The notes: generated from the sequence alone by a model not told the origin. A DNA stretch of 64,000 nucleotides from Thiobacillus sp. (GCA_024708885.1 JANJXT010000046.1:28436-92435), one strand, 5' to 3'. Positions 1-12,742 are shown, counted from the first letter of the stretch. A program made the numbers and translations.

Positions 1-1
1 C

Positions 2-106
2 GCCGCGCTGGGGCAGATCCGGCAACTGATCGGTATCAACCTTCTGCTCGGTTTGCTGACGATCGTAGTGGTGTTTGCCGGCAGGATGTTGGCATCCGGT
101 GGCTGA
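2..106 (+). CDS. 3' end of a membrane protein (CopD/DUF4149-like), truncated by the window edge
   Basis: Frame 2 reads AALGQIRQLIGINLLLGLLTIVVVFAGRMLASGG*, a hydrophobic C-terminal helix ending at TGA 104-106. Confidence 0.55.
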   Translation, partial: AALGQIRQLIGINLLLGLLTIVVVFAGRMLASGG

Positions 107-259
107 ACCGACGGCACGCTTGTGCGAGGAGGATGGGCGCTCAACTGCGGTTTTGCGGTTGATCCGTTCTGACGCGCTTTTCGCGTGGTTTTCTTGACCG
201 CCACGGGGCAAAACGATTACCCTCACGGGTTCACCAACGAATTGATTTATTGCCAGTTT

Positions 260-1968
260 ATGGAAGCCACCGGCGCCGAGATCGTCGTACGTTGCCTGGC
301 CGAAGAGGGGGTCGAGTTCGTGTTCGGCTATCCCGGCGGGGCCGTGCTCAACATTTACGACGAGATCTTCAAGCAGAACAAGTTCAAGCACGTGCTGGTG
401 CGCCATGAGCAGGCCGCGGTGCATGCGGCCGATGCCTATGCCCGCTCGACCGGCCGCGTCGGCGTGGCGCTGGTGACCTCCGGCCCCGGCGTGACCAACG
501 CGCTGACCGGCATCGCCACGGCGTACATGGACTCGATTCCCATCGTGGTCGTCACCGGCCAGGTGCCGACTCCGGCAATCGGCATGGATGCCTTCCAGGA
601 AGTCGATACCGTCGGCATCACCCGTCCGTGCGTGAAGCACAACTTCCTCGTCAAGGACGTCAGGGACCTCGCCGTGACGATGAAGAAGGCCTTCCATATC
701 GCGGCCACCGGCCGCCCCGGTCCGGTGGTGGTGGACGTGCCGAAGGACGTGACGGCACACCGCACCGAGTTTGCGTATCCGGCAGGCATCGAGATGCGTT
801 CCTACAATCCGGTGCTGAAGGGCCACACCGGCCAGTTGAAGCGCGCGGTACAGATGCTGCTGGAAGCCAGGCGGCCGATGATCTACACCGGCGGCGGCGT
901 GATCCTCGGCAATGCGGCCGCGCAGTTGGCCGAGCTGGCGCGCCTGCTCGGCTTTCCGTGCACCAGCACGCTGATGGGCCTGGGCGGGTATCCCGGCACC
1001 GACCGCCAGTTCCTCGGCATGCTCGGCATGCACGGCACCTACGAAGCGAACATGGCGATGCAGCATTGCGACGTCCTGCTCGCCATCGGCGCGCGCTTCG
1101 ACGACCGCGTGATCGGCAACCCCGCACATTTCGCACGCGAGCAGCGCCGCATCATCCACGTCGACGTCGATCCCTCGTCGATTTCCAAGCGTGTCAGGGT
1201 CGATCTGCCCATCGTCGGCGATGTCGGCAATGTGCTCACCGAGATGCTGTCGCTGTTGAGGCAGGCCAAGGAACGGCCCGACGCGACCGCGCTCAACGCG
1301 TGGTGGACGCAGATCGAGCTGTGGCGTTCCAGGAACTGCCTCAATTACAACCGCAACAGTCCCATCATCAAGCCGCAATACGTGGTCGAAAAACTCTGGG
1401 AAGTGACCAAGGGCGACGCGTTCGTCACCTCCGACGTCGGCCAGCACCAGATGTGGGCCGCGCAGTACTACAAGTTCGACAAGCCGCGACGCTGGATGAA
1501 TTCGGGGGGGCTGGGCACCATGGGCGTCGGGCTGCCCTATGCGATGGGCGTGCAGCTTGCGCATCCGGACGCGCAGGTGGCGTGCATCACCGGCGAATCC
1601 TCGATCCAGATGAACATCCAGGAGCTCTCGACCTGCAAGCAGTACCGCATTCCGGTCAAGGTGCTGACGCTGAACAACCGCTACATGGGCATGGTGCGCC
1701 AGTGGCAGGAATTCTTCTACGGCAGCCGCTACGCCGAGTCCTACATGGAGTCGCTGCCCGATTTCGTCAGGTTGGCGGAAAGCTATGGCCACGTCGGCAT
1801 GCGCATCGACAAACCCGAGGACGTCGAGGGCGCGCTGAAGGAGGCGTTCTCGCCGGCACTGAAGGAACGCCTGGTGTTCATGGACTTCCAGACCGACCAG
1901 ACCGAGAACGTCTACCCCATGGTCGAAGGCGGCAAGGGCCTGTCCGAGATGATTCTGGCGGAGGAGCT

Positions 1969-1972
<4 letters not shown>
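260..1972 (+). CDS. ilvI: Acetolactate synthase III large subunit
   Basis: FGYPGGAVL, RHEQAAVHAADAYAR, TSGPGVTN, GMLGMHG, SDVGQHQMWAAQ, SGGLGTMG; ATG at 260 (MEATGAEIVV). Confidence 0.97.
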
Positions 1973-3511
<1,539 letters not shown>

Positions 3512-3515
3512 GGAT

Positions 3516-3622
3516 CTAGGGGCCAGGATTCAGGATATGGCGTGTGTGCGGCCGCGCCGCGCTTCCTTATCCCCCTAGCTCCTAGCTCCTAGCTCCTAGC
3601 TCCTGACTCCTGGCCCCTAGCA
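3516..3622. repeat. Heptamer tandem repeat forming one arm of a 20-bp inverted repeat
   Basis: CCTAGCT x4 (3574-3601), then CCTGACT, CCTGGCC, CCTAGCA; 3516-3535 is the reverse complement of 3601-3620 with 1 mismatch. Confidence 0.85.
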
Positions 3623-4249
3623 ATGAAACAACCCCTCATCGCCCGCGAGGGCTGGCTGGTGCTTCTGGCCGCGTTTGCCGCCGCGCTCGTCGCGACCTGG
3701 CTGGTCGGCGGGTGGTCGGCGCCGTTCTGGATCTGGGCGGTCTTCGCGCTGCAGTTCTTCCGCGACCCGGTGCGCGTGCCGCCGACCGATGCCGATGCGG
3801 TGATCGCACCCGCCGACGGCCGCATCGTCGCGGTGGAGAAGGTCGACGACCCCTATCTCAAGCGCGAGGCGCTGAAGATCAGCGTGTTCATGAACGTGTT
3901 CAACGTGCACTCGAACAAGAGCCCGATCGACGGCGAAGTGAAGGGGCGCTGGTATACGCCGGGCAGCTTCGTCAACGCCGACCTCGACAAGGCCTCCACC
4001 GAAAACGAACGCAACGCGATCTGGATCCAGGGCGCGCGCGGCGACGTGACCAGCGTGCAGATCGCCGGCCTGATCGCGCGCCGCATCCTCTGCTATGTCG
4101 ATACCGGCGAGCGGCTGGTGCGCGGGCAACGCTACGGCTTCATCCGCTTCGGCTCGCGGGTCGACGTGTACCTGCCGACCACCGCGCGCGCCGAAGTCTC
4201 GATTGGCCAAAAAGTCACCGGCGGGCGTACCATATTGGCTCGCTGGTAA
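3623..4249 (+). CDS. psd: Phosphatidylserine decarboxylase proenzyme
   Basis: [31 protein letters not shown] self-cleavage motif. Confidence 0.95.
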   Translation: MKQPLIAREGWLVLLAAFAAALVATWLVGGWSAPFWIWAVFALQFFRDPVRVPPTDADAVIAPADGRIVAVEKVDDPYLKREALKISVFMNVFNVHSNKSPIDGEVKGRWYTPGSFVNADLDKASTENERNAIWIQGARGDVTSVQIAGLIARRILCYVDTGERLVRGQRYGFIRFGSRVDVYLPTTARAEVSIGQKVTGGRTILARW

Positions 4250-4263
4250 CCTGATTGGGCAGA

Positions 4264-5040
4264 ATGCCTGACCTCATCCACAGCAAGACCGAGCGGCAGC
4301 GGCCGCGGATACGCGATCGCGGCATCTACCTGCTGCCCAACCTCTTCACCACCGGCGCGCTGTTTGCCGGTTTCTACGCCGTGGTGCAGGCGATGAACGG
4401 GCGCTTCGAGTACGCCGCGGTGGCGATCTTCATCGCCATGGTGCTCGACGGCCTGGACGGTCGCGTCGCGCGCATGACGCACACGCAGAGCGCATTCGGC
4501 GCGGAATACGACAGCCTGTCCGACATGGTTTCGTTCGGTGTCGCCCCGGCATTGGTGATCTACGAATTCGCCCTGCAGGGCCTCGGCAAGTTCGGCTGGA
4601 TCGCCGCCTTCGTCTACTGCGCCGGCGCGGCGCTGCGGCTGGCGCGTTTCAATACGCAACTCGACGCCGTCACCGACAAGCGCTTCTTCCAGGGCTTGCC
4701 CAGCCCGTCGGCGGCCGCGCTCATCGCCGGTTTCGTCTGGGTCATGGTCGAATACGGGATTGCCGGCAGCGACGTGCGTGTGCTTGCAGCCGTCATCGCC
4801 CTGTTCGGGGGGCTCACCATGGTCAGCAATTTCCGCTTCTACAGCGGCAAGGAAATCAACCTGAGGAAGAGCGTGCCCTTCTTCGTCATCCTGCTGGTGG
4901 TGCTTGCCTTCATTCTCATTTCCACCAGCCCGCCCGAAGTGCTGTTCGGCGGCTTCGTGCTGTACGGCCTTTCCGGCTACGCAGACGCGCTGTGGCGCGT
5001 GATGCGCCGCGGCAAGCCTGCGAAGCCGACCGCAGGATAA
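4264..5040 (+). CDS. pssA: CDP-diacylglycerol--serine O-phosphatidyltransferase
   Basis: LLPNLFT, DGLDGRVAR...FGAEYDSLSDMVSFG CDP-alcohol transferase motif. Confidence 0.95.
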   Translation: MPDLIHSKTERQRPRIRDRGIYLLPNLFTTGALFAGFYAVVQAMNGRFEYAAVAIFIAMVLDGLDGRVARMTHTQSAFGAEYDSLSDMVSFGVAPALVIYEFALQGLGKFGWIAAFVYCAGAALRLARFNTQLDAVTDKRFFQGLPSPSAAALIAGFVWVMVEYGIAGSDVRVLAAVIALFGGLTMVSNFRFYSGKEINLRKSVPFFVILLVVLAFILISTSPPEVLFGGFVLYGLSGYADALWRVMRRGKPAKPTAG

Positions 5041-5068
5041 GCCGGTTCTTCCATGCCTGGACGCCGGG

Positions 5069-8000
5069 TCAGGCGGGCCGCGCGGCGTTCTTCCCGATCC
5101 TGAACCACAGTGCATACAGCGCCGGCACGAACAGCAGGGTGATGAGCGTGCCGACGGCGATGCCGCCGATGAGGACGTAGGCCAGCGGACCCCAGAAGCC
5201 GTCGAGGGTGAGCGGCACGAAGGCGAAGATGGCGGCGAGCGCGGTGAGCACGACGGGGCGGGCGCGCCGCACCGCGGCCTCGACGACGGCGTCGGCTGCG
5301 GGCATGCCGTCTTCGAGGTTGTCGGTGACCTGCTGGGTGAGGATGAGGGTGTTGCGCATGAGAATGCCGGCCAGACCGATGAGGCCCAGCAGCGCGACGA
5401 AGCCGAACGGCTGGCGGAACAGCAGCAGCGCCGCGACGGCGCCGATGACGCCGAGCGGCGCGGTGGCGACGACCACGAAGGTGCCGCTGAACGAACGCAT
5501 CTGCAGCATGACGAAGATGAGGGTCAAGGCGAGCATCACCGGCATCAGGCGGTTGATCGACGCGTCGGCCTTGCCCGATTGCTCGACCGAGCCGCCGATG
5601 TCGATGCGGTAGTCGGGCGGCAGCGACGCGCGCAGTTTCGCGAGGTCGGCCCACACCGCAGCGGTGACGTCGTTGGGCTGGGCGCCGCGGATGTCGGCGT
5701 GGATGGCGACGTATGGCTCGCGGTTGTAGCGGCGGATGACGGGATCTTCGAAACCGACCTGCAGGGCGCCGAGTTGGGCGAGCGGCACCGTGCGGCCGTC
5801 GAGCGTGCGCAATTCGATCGCCTGTGGCCGGCCCGTATCGGCCGCGCCGCCGCGCGCATGGACCTCGACGCTGCGCAAACCCTGGCGCACGGTGGTGACG
5901 GCAGTGCCGTCGAGCTGGAACTGCAACTGCCGTGCAACCTCATTCGGGGTGAGGCCGACCAGACGCAGGCGCTCGGGGTCGGTCGTCAGATGCAGCACCG
6001 GTACGCGCTCGTCCCACTCCAGATGCGCGTCGCGGATGTGGCGGTTGGCGCTCATCACGTCCCGCAGCGCGTGTCCGATGCGACGCAGCTCGATGAGGTC
6101 GGGGCCGATGACGCGGAAACTCACCGGCCAGATCACCGGCGGGCCATAGAACAGCCGCGTGGCGCGCACGCGCGCCTCGGGGAAGTCGCCGTCGCTGATG
6201 TGTTGTTCCAGCGTCGCCATGACGCGGTCGCGCGCCGCGACGTCCTGCGTGACTGCGATGATCTTCGCGAAGGCGGGATCGGGCTGTTCCGGATTCGCGG
6301 AGATGAAGAAGCGCGGCGCGCCAGCTCCGACGTAGGCCGACAGGGTGCGCACCTCGGGCATGTTCGCAAGGATGGCTTCGAGCTTGCGCGTGGCCGCGTC
6401 GGTGGTGCTGATGCTGCTGCCCTGCGGCAGATAGACGCTCACCAGCACTTCGGTGCGATCGGAGCCGGGGAAGAACTGCTTTTCCACCGGACCGGCCATG
6501 CCGGCGACAGCGAGTGCCAGGAGCCCCAGCGTGCCCGCGACGACGGTCTTGCGGCGCGTGACGCACCACTCGATCAACGCGCGCAATCGGCGGTACGCCG
6601 GGGTCTGGTACAGGCCGCCGCTGACGTGGGCGCCCCGCTTGTAATCAGGAAGAAGCTTGACGCCGAGGTAGGGCGTGAAGGTGACCGCGACCAGCCACGA
6701 CACCAGGAGTGCGATGCCCAGCACCCAGAAGATGTTGCCGGCGTACTCGCCGACGCCGGATTGTGCGAAGCCGATCGGCACGAAGCCTGCGACCGTGACC
6801 AGGGTGCCGAACAGCATCGGTGCCGCGGTCACGCTCCATGCGTGCGACGCTGCGCGCACGCGGTCCCAGCCTTCCTCCATCTTCACGATCATCATCTCGA
6901 TGGCGATGATGGCGTCGTCGACGAGGAGGCCCAGCGCAATGATGAGCGCGCCCAGTGTGATGCGGTCGAGGTTGATGCCGCGCAGTTTCATTACCAGGAA
7001 GGTGAGGCCGATCGTCACGGGAATGGCGATGCCCACCACCAGTCCGGCGCGCAGGCCGATGGCGAGCACGCTGATGCCGATGACCACGGCGACCGCGACG
7101 AGAAACTTGAGCTGGAACAGGTTTACCGCACTGGAGACGGCCTCCGCCTGGTTGGTGAGCGGAGTGAGCGCGATGCCCAGCGGCAGGCGTGCGCGCTCGG
7201 CGGTGAAGAAGGCGTCGAGGCGTTCGCCGAGGTGCAGGCCGTTTTCGCCGCGGCGCATCACCACACCAAGCAGGATCGCATCCTCGCCGCGTGCGCGCAC
7301 CAGATAGGCGGGCGGCGTCTCGTAGCCGCGCCGCACCGTTGCGATGTCCGACAGACGCAGCAGGCGGTCGCCGATGCGCAGCGGCACCGCGGCGAGCGCC
7401 GCCGGATCCGCGAGGTCGGCGTCCAGGCGCAGGTACACGCGCGGGCCGGCGGTCTCGAGGCGGCCCGCGGGTGCCAGGCGGTTGTGTGCGTCGATGGCAT
7501 CGAAGACGGCCTGCGGTGAAAGATCGAGGCTGTGCAACCTGGCCATGTCGAAATCGACGAACACGCGCTCGCTGCGTTCGCCCAGCAGCAATGCCTTGTG
7601 TACGCCTTCGACGAGCTGCAGGCGGTTGCGCACGGATTCCGCCTCGCGCACCAGGTCGCGCATCGGCATGCCGGGGGCGGTCAGCGCGATGAGGCTGAAA
7701 TACACATCGGAAAAATCGTCGTTGACCAGCGGGCCGATGACGCCGGGCGGCAGCTTCCCGGCCTCGTCCTGCATGCGCTTGCGTACCTCGTAGAAGAGAT
7801 CGGGAATGATGCGGTTGGGTGCGTAGTCGTGGAATTCGATCTGCAGGTCGGCGCGGCCCGGACGCACCACGGTTTCGATGCGATACAGGTAATCGATTTC
7901 CTGGATGCGCTTTTCCAGACGATCCACCACCTGCTGCTGCAGCGTGTCCGGCGTTGCGCCGGGCCAGATCACCGACACCGCGACGACGCGCACGGTGAAG

Positions 8001-8125
8001 GCGGGGTCCTCGGCGCGGCCGAGCGAGAGAAAGGCGTAGACGCCGGCGATGATCGATAGCAGCAGGAAGAACAGCGCGGTCGAGCGCTCGCGCACCGCGA
8101 GCGCCGACAGGTTGGGAAAGCTCAT
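5069..8125 (-). CDS. RND efflux permease (AcrB/AcrD/AcrF family)
   Basis: ~1018 aa; MSFPNLSALAVRER start, LGRAEDP, GLLVDDAII TM4 motif, RRARPVVLT. Confidence 0.93.
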   Translation of the reverse strand: MSFPNLSALAVRERSTALFFLLLSIIAGVYAFLSLGRAEDPAFTVRVVAVSVIWPGATPDTLQQQVVDRLEKRIQEIDYLYRIETVVRPGRADLQIEFHDYAPNRIIPDLFYEVRKRMQDEAGKLPPGVIGPLVNDDFSDVYFSLIALTAPGMPMRDLVREAESVRNRLQLVEGVHKALLLGERSERVFVDFDMARLHSLDLSPQAVFDAIDAHNRLAPAGRLETAGPRVYLRLDADLADPAALAAVPLRIGDRLLRLSDIATVRRGYETPPAYLVRARGEDAILLGVVMRRGENGLHLGERLDAFFTAERARLPLGIALTPLTNQAEAVSSAVNLFQLKFLVAVAVVIGISVLAIGLRAGLVVGIAIPVTIGLTFLVMKLRGINLDRITLGALIIALGLLVDDAIIAIEMMIVKMEEGWDRVRAASHAWSVTAAPMLFGTLVTVAGFVPIGFAQSGVGEYAGNIFWVLGIALLVSWLVAVTFTPYLGVKLLPDYKRGAHVSGGLYQTPAYRRLRALIEWCVTRRKTVVAGTLGLLALAVAGMAGPVEKQFFPGSDRTEVLVSVYLPQGSSISTTDAATRKLEAILANMPEVRTLSAYVGAGAPRFFISANPEQPDPAFAKIIAVTQDVAARDRVMATLEQHISDGDFPEARVRATRLFYGPPVIWPVSFRVIGPDLIELRRIGHALRDVMSANRHIRDAHLEWDERVPVLHLTTDPERLRLVGLTPNEVARQLQFQLDGTAVTTVRQGLRSVEVHARGGAADTGRPQAIELRTLDGRTVPLAQLGALQVGFEDPVIRRYNREPYVAIHADIRGAQPNDVTAAVWADLAKLRASLPPDYRIDIGGSVEQSGKADASINRLMPVMLALTLIFVMLQMRSFSGTFVVVATAPLGVIGAVAALLLFRQPFGFVALLGLIGLAGILMRNTLILTQQVTDNLEDGMPAADAVVEAAVRRARPVVLTALAAIFAFVPLTLDGFWGPLAYVLIGGIAVGTLITLLFVPALYALWFRIGKNAARPA

Positions 8126-9174
8126 TGCTGGCGCTCCCGCACCGCCATGCCGGATTTCAGCAGATGCGTGCCCAGCGCGACGACGCGGCTGCCTGGCGCA
8201 AGCTTGGCGCGTATATGCGCGGTTTCGGCGTCCAGCGCGACCACTTCGACGGGCACCGGCTGCACGGCGCCATTGACGACCTGCCACACGCGGGCGCCTT
8301 CGGCGCGTTCGTCGAGCGCACCCAGGGGCACCGCCAGTCCGCCGTCATCGGCTGCGGTGGCAAAGCGCACGCGCACGACGCCGCCGAGCGCCAGTGCGTC
8401 GGCTGTCGCATCGTGATCCACGCGGTAACGGCTGCGCCAGGTCCGGCTGTCGGGGTCGGCCGCGCCGGCGGTTTCACGCAGCGTCAGTGCCCGCGGCGAG
8501 CCGTCCTGGAGCAGCGCCTCGCCGGTACGCGGTGGCGTGACGCTGTCCGGGAAAAACACCTCGATCTCGCGCGTGCCGTCGAGTGCGATCACGGCGACCG
8601 GCTGGCCGGCAGCCACCACCTGCCCCGGTTCGCCACTGACGCTCATCGCGACGCCGTCTGCGGCTGCCGTGAGCGCGGCGTAGCCGCGTGCGTGACGCGC
8701 CTGCTGCAGGCGGGCGCGGGCGGCGTCCAGGCGCGCCTGGGCCTCGCGCACCACGAGTTCGGCGCGGTCGAGCGCCTGGCGGCTGACGAAGGCCTGCGCC
8801 TGCAGCGTGCGGTTGCGTGCGGCGTCGGCTTGCGCGAGGCGCAGGGCGGACAATGCGGCGGCATGTTCGGCCTCGGCGGCCTGGACCGCCTGTTCCAGGT
8901 CGCGTGGGTCGAGGCGGAACAGCGCCGCGCCGTGGACCACGCGTTGGCCCGCGTCGACGTGGCGCGTGGCGATGCGTCCGCCTACCTGGAACGCCACCGG
9001 CGTCTCGTGACGCGCGCGTACCGTGCCGGTGAGTTCGAGTTCCGTCGCGCCATTGGCGCGCACCTGGGCGGTCAGCACCCAGGGCGGCTCACTCTTGGGC
9101 GGTGGCGGCGCCTCACCCTGGCAGGCAGAAAGCAGGAGCAATGCGAGCGTTGCAAGGGTGAGGGATCTGGACAT
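8122..9174 (-). CDS. RND periplasmic adaptor (membrane fusion protein), lipoprotein
   Basis: Lipobox LLLSAC, FQVGGRI lipoyl half, helical hairpin; overlaps the RND start. Confidence 0.9.
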   Translation of the reverse strand: MSRSLTLATLALLLLSACQGEAPPPPKSEPPWVLTAQVRANGATELELTGTVRARHETPVAFQVGGRIATRHVDAGQRVVHGAALFRLDPRDLEQAVQAAEAEHAAALSALRLAQADAARNRTLQAQAFVSRQALDRAELVVREAQARLDAARARLQQARHARGYAALTAAADGVAMSVSGEPGQVVAAGQPVAVIALDGTREIEVFFPDSVTPPRTGEALLQDGSPRALTLRETAGAADPDSRTWRSRYRVDHDATADALALGGVVRVRFATAADDGGLAVPLGALDERAEGARVWQVVNGAVQPVPVEVVALDAETAHIRAKLAPGSRVVALGTHLLKSGMAVRERQQ

Positions 9175-9230
9175 GGGGGGTCTCGTGCGAGGTGTTTGTC
9201 TTGGTGTTTCGCCGGCGCAGTAGATCGTGC

Positions 9231-9734
9231 TCAAGTCCGACAGGCTGCCAGAGACGCCACTGGCGTGTCGGCAAGCCGTTTCAGCAGTGCGCTCAGCGTG
9301 GCGATCTCCTGCGCATCCAGAATGCTGCGCAGCCAGGCGTCGGCGGCGCCGCCCACTTCCGCCATGACATGTTCGATCAGCGCCCTGCCTGCGTGGGTGA
9401 GCCTGATGGGCTTGACGCGCTGGTCATGCGGATCCTGCGAACGCAGCACCAGATTGCGCGCTTCAAGTTGCCGCATCACCTTGGTCAGGCCACCCGAAGT
9501 GATGAGCACGCAATCCTGCAGCTGCGACGGGGTGAGCCGGTAAGGTGGCGGTGCGTTGCGCAGCGCCGCGAGCACGTCGAATTCCGCCGGCGTGAGCGTG
9601 TGTCTTGCCCAGATCGGACGGGCGCGGACAAGCGTGATTTCACGGGCGTGGTGAAGATGCAGGATGAGCGGCAGGGTGTCGGGCGCGTGACTTTCCGACC
9701 AGGCATGGTGCGGCCGTTTGCGGGGTGAGGTCAT
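9231..9734 (-). CDS. MarR family transcriptional regulator
   Basis: LTPAEFDVLAALR, LTPSQL, ITSGGLTKVMRQLE, DQRVKPIRLT winged helix. Confidence 0.9.
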   Translation of the reverse strand: MTSPRKRPHHAWSESHAPDTLPLILHLHHAREITLVRARPIWARHTLTPAEFDVLAALRNAPPPYRLTPSQLQDCVLITSGGLTKVMRQLEARNLVLRSQDPHDQRVKPIRLTHAGRALIEHVMAEVGGAADAWLRSILDAQEIATLSALLKRLADTPVASLAACRT

Positions 9735-9775
9735 GGCGGAGTCTCCGGGCGACAACCCACATCGTAGCAGTAAAA

Positions 9776-9793
9776 TATCTTGCGAGAAAGATA
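9776..9793. promoter_or_regulatory. Putative MarR operator
   Basis: Perfect palindrome TATCTT-N6-AAGATA in an AT-rich patch just upstream of marR, between divergent efflux operons. Confidence 0.6.
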
Positions 9794-10014
9794 AGTTGTC
9801 ATTATCATGATTTCTCGCCCAGCGCGGTGCCTTGGGGGTTTTTGCGGCAGGAGCGGGGCAGCGCGTACCGCAGCAGCATGCCCGTCGTGAACGTTTGACG
9901 GCGGCGGCGCTCCAACTCCGCGGCTGACGACGTACGGTGGCCTGCACAACCCGAGAGGCGAATGTCAGCCATGGCGAAGCTGTACACTGGATCTACAATC
10001 TCGACGACATTCCC

Positions 10015-11463
10015 ATGACCCTGCATCATTCCGCATTCAGGCTCGTCCTGCTGGCGAGCACCGGTCTTGCCGGCTGCGCCGCCCTTGGGCCGGATTACCA
10101 GGCCGCCTTGCCGATCGCACCGGCAGGCTGGAGCCGTGCGCCGGACAGCGCGGCGGTGATTCGCGTCGAGGCGCCGGGTGACCTCAGCCGCTGGTGGCAG
10201 GTGTTCGAGGATCCGTCCCTGTCCGGACTGGTGGAAGAAGCGCTGCGGGGGAACACCGATCTTGCGAGCGCGCAGGCGCGCCTGCGCGAAGCGCGCGCGC
10301 GCCGCACTGTGGCGGCATCCGGCCGTTTCCCGGAGGTCGGCGCATCGGTCACGGCGCGCCGCACGGGGGCCAGCGAGACGCTGGGCAGCGGCAGCACCCG
10401 CAATACCTTCGCTGCGGGTTTCGACGCAAGTTGGGAGCTCGACGTGTTCGGCGGTGTGCGGCGTGGCGTCGAGGCAGCGGAGGCGGACACGCAGGCCAGC
10501 GAAGCGAATCTGCAGGCCGCACAGGTGTCGCTGGCCGCCGAGGTGGCGCTCAACTATGTGGACTTGCGGGCGTACCAGCTCCGTCTTGCGATCGCGCGCG
10601 ACAACCTTGCCAGCCAGGCCGAGACGCTGCAACTGACCGACTGGCGCGCGCAGGCGGGACTGGTGAGCCGGCAGGATGTCGAGCAGGCACGCGCCAACCT
10701 GGAGCAGACGCGCGCGCAGATTCCTGCACTGGAATCGGGCCTCGCGGCGGCCGAACACCGTCTTGCGGTGCTGCTGGGACAGGCGCCCGGCAGCCTGGGT
10801 ACGCGGCTTGCCGCCGGCGCCGGACTGCCGCAGGCCCCGGCATCGATCGCCGTCGGCATCCCCGCCGATACACTCAGGCAGCGCCCCGACGTGCGCGCTG
10901 CGGAACGTGCGCTGGCGGCGGAAACCGCGCGGCTGGGGGTGGCCGAAGCGGCGCGCTATCCGGGTTTCCGGCTGTCCGGCTCGATCGGTCTGGAGGCGCT
11001 GACCTTCGGCGGACTCGGCGATGGCGGTGCGGGCACCCATTCGCTGCTCGCGGCGGTTACCGCGCCCATCTTCAACGCCGGACGTCTGCGTGCGCAGGTG
11101 GAGATCCAGGACGCGGTACGCGCGCGCGCGCAGGCGACTTACGAATCTACCGTGCTTGCGGCGCTGGAAGACGTGGAGAATGCACTCGTTGCCCTGGCGC
11201 GCAGCCGCGAGCGCGAGCAGGCGCTGGCGAGCGGGCTCGACGCGGCACGCAACGCCGCGACGCTGGCGCGTGACCGCTACAGCGCCGGACTCATCGACTT
11301 CCAGGCGGTGCTCGATACCGAACGCAGCGTACTGTCGCTGCAGGACAGTCTCGCCAGCACGCGCGCGGACGGCATCGCGGCGCTGGTTCGCCTGTACAAG
11401 GCGCTGGGCGGCGGCTGGTCGCCCGCGGCTCCGACACCGATTTTCGCTCAGGACACACCATGA
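10015..11463 (+). CDS. Efflux outer membrane factor lipoprotein (NodT/OprM family)
   Basis: Lipobox LAGC, GPDY, WWQVFEDPSL, SWELDVFG, LYKALGGGW. Confidence 0.93.
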   Translation: MTLHHSAFRLVLLASTGLAGCAALGPDYQAALPIAPAGWSRAPDSAAVIRVEAPGDLSRWWQVFEDPSLSGLVEEALRGNTDLASAQARLREARARRTVAASGRFPEVGASVTARRTGASETLGSGSTRNTFAAGFDASWELDVFGGVRRGVEAAEADTQASEANLQAAQVSLAAEVALNYVDLRAYQLRLAIARDNLASQAETLQLTDWRAQAGLVSRQDVEQARANLEQTRAQIPALESGLAAAEHRLAVLLGQAPGSLGTRLAAGAGLPQAPASIAVGIPADTLRQRPDVRAAERALAAETARLGVAEAARYPGFRLSGSIGLEALTFGGLGDGGAGTHSLLAAVTAPIFNAGRLRAQVEIQDAVRARAQATYESTVLAALEDVENALVALARSREREQALASGLDAARNAATLARDRYSAGLIDFQAVLDTERSVLSLQDSLASTRADGIAALVRLYKALGGGWSPAAPTPIFAQDTP

Positions 11464-12742
11464 ATACCTCCACTGCCAGCTCCGGGACATCGGCCAAAAC
11501 GCTGCTTGCCGGCGACGCGACGGGTACGCGCTCGCGTCGCTGGAAATGGCTGGGGGGTGCGACCGTGCTGCTCCTCGCAACGCTGGCCTACTTCCTGATG
11601 CGCGCCGACGATGCGGCGACGCAGCCGCAGTACCGGACCGAGGAAGCGAGCGTCGGCACACTGGTGGTGAAGGTGTCCGCGACCGGTAATCTGCAGCCGA
11701 CCAACACCGTCGATGTCGGCAGCGAGTTGTCCGGCATCGTCGAGAAGGTCTACGTCGACGACAACGACAGTGTGAAGAAGGGGCAGGTGCTGGCGCAGCT
11801 CGATCTTTCCAAGCTGCAGGATGCGGTTGCACGCTCGCGGGCGAATCGGGTCGCGGCCGAGGCGCAGGTGATGCAGGTGCGGGCGACGGTCGCCGAGGCG
11901 CGTGCCACGCTCGAGCGTTACCGGACCGTGGCGCAGTTGTCCGCTGGCAAGGTGCCATCGCAGGCGGAAATGGATGCCGCCGTGGCGAATCTCGCGCGTG
12001 CCGAAGCCAACGAGGCCAGTGCGCGCGCAAGCGTCACCCAGGCGCGCGCGACCCTGCAGTCGGACGAGACCAATCTGGGCAAGGCGCACATCCGCTCGCC
12101 CATCAATGGCGTGGTGCTGTCGCGCCAGGTCGATCCGGGGCAGACGGTGGCGGCGTCCTTCCAGGCGCCCGTGCTGTTCAAGCTGGCCGAGGATCTCACC
12201 CAGATGGAGTTGCAGGTCGCCGTCGACGAGGCGGATGTCGCGCAGGTGAAGATCGGACAGAAGGCCGTGTTCAGCGTCGATGCCTGGCCGGGGCGCCAGT
12301 ACGCCGCGGTCATTCGGCGTGTCGGCTTTGGCGCGCAGTCGAAGGACGGCGTGGTTTCCTACCTCTCCGTGCTCGACGTCGACAATGCCGATCTCAGCCT
12401 GCGTCCGGGCATGACGGGCACCGCCGAGATCACCACGCTGGTGCGCGAGAATGTCCTGCTGGTGCCGAATGGCGCCCTGCGCTTCACCCCGCCGACGACC
12501 GAGGCGGTCACGAAGAAATCCTCGGCCGGCATTGCCGGCATGTTGATGCCGCGGCCGCCGCGACAGGCCCCGAAGGCGCGTCCCGCACCCGGCGGGACGC
12601 CACGCGTCTGGGTGTTGCGCGACGGCCAGCCGGTTGCACTCGAGGTGCAGACCGGCGCCACCAATGGCCGCGTGACCGAGATCGCCGGCGGCGAACTCAA
12701 GGCCGGCATGGCGGTGATCACCGAGGCGCTGCGCGCCCCGCA

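Noticed and set aside
107-259. ilv attenuator leader peptide
   Set aside because: No short ORF rich in Ile/Leu/Val codons with a terminator hairpin is recognisable upstream of ilvI
3574-3622. CRISPR array or Cas-related repeat
   Set aside because: The units are 7 bp and contiguous with no spacers, and there are no cas genes in the window
9805-12030. Long alternative ORFs (e.g. 9805-12030, 5579-7519, 29231-31045, 35817-38249, 47306-49018)
   Set aside because: They overlap well-supported genes on the opposite strand or in another frame, have shadow-ORF composition and show no motifs
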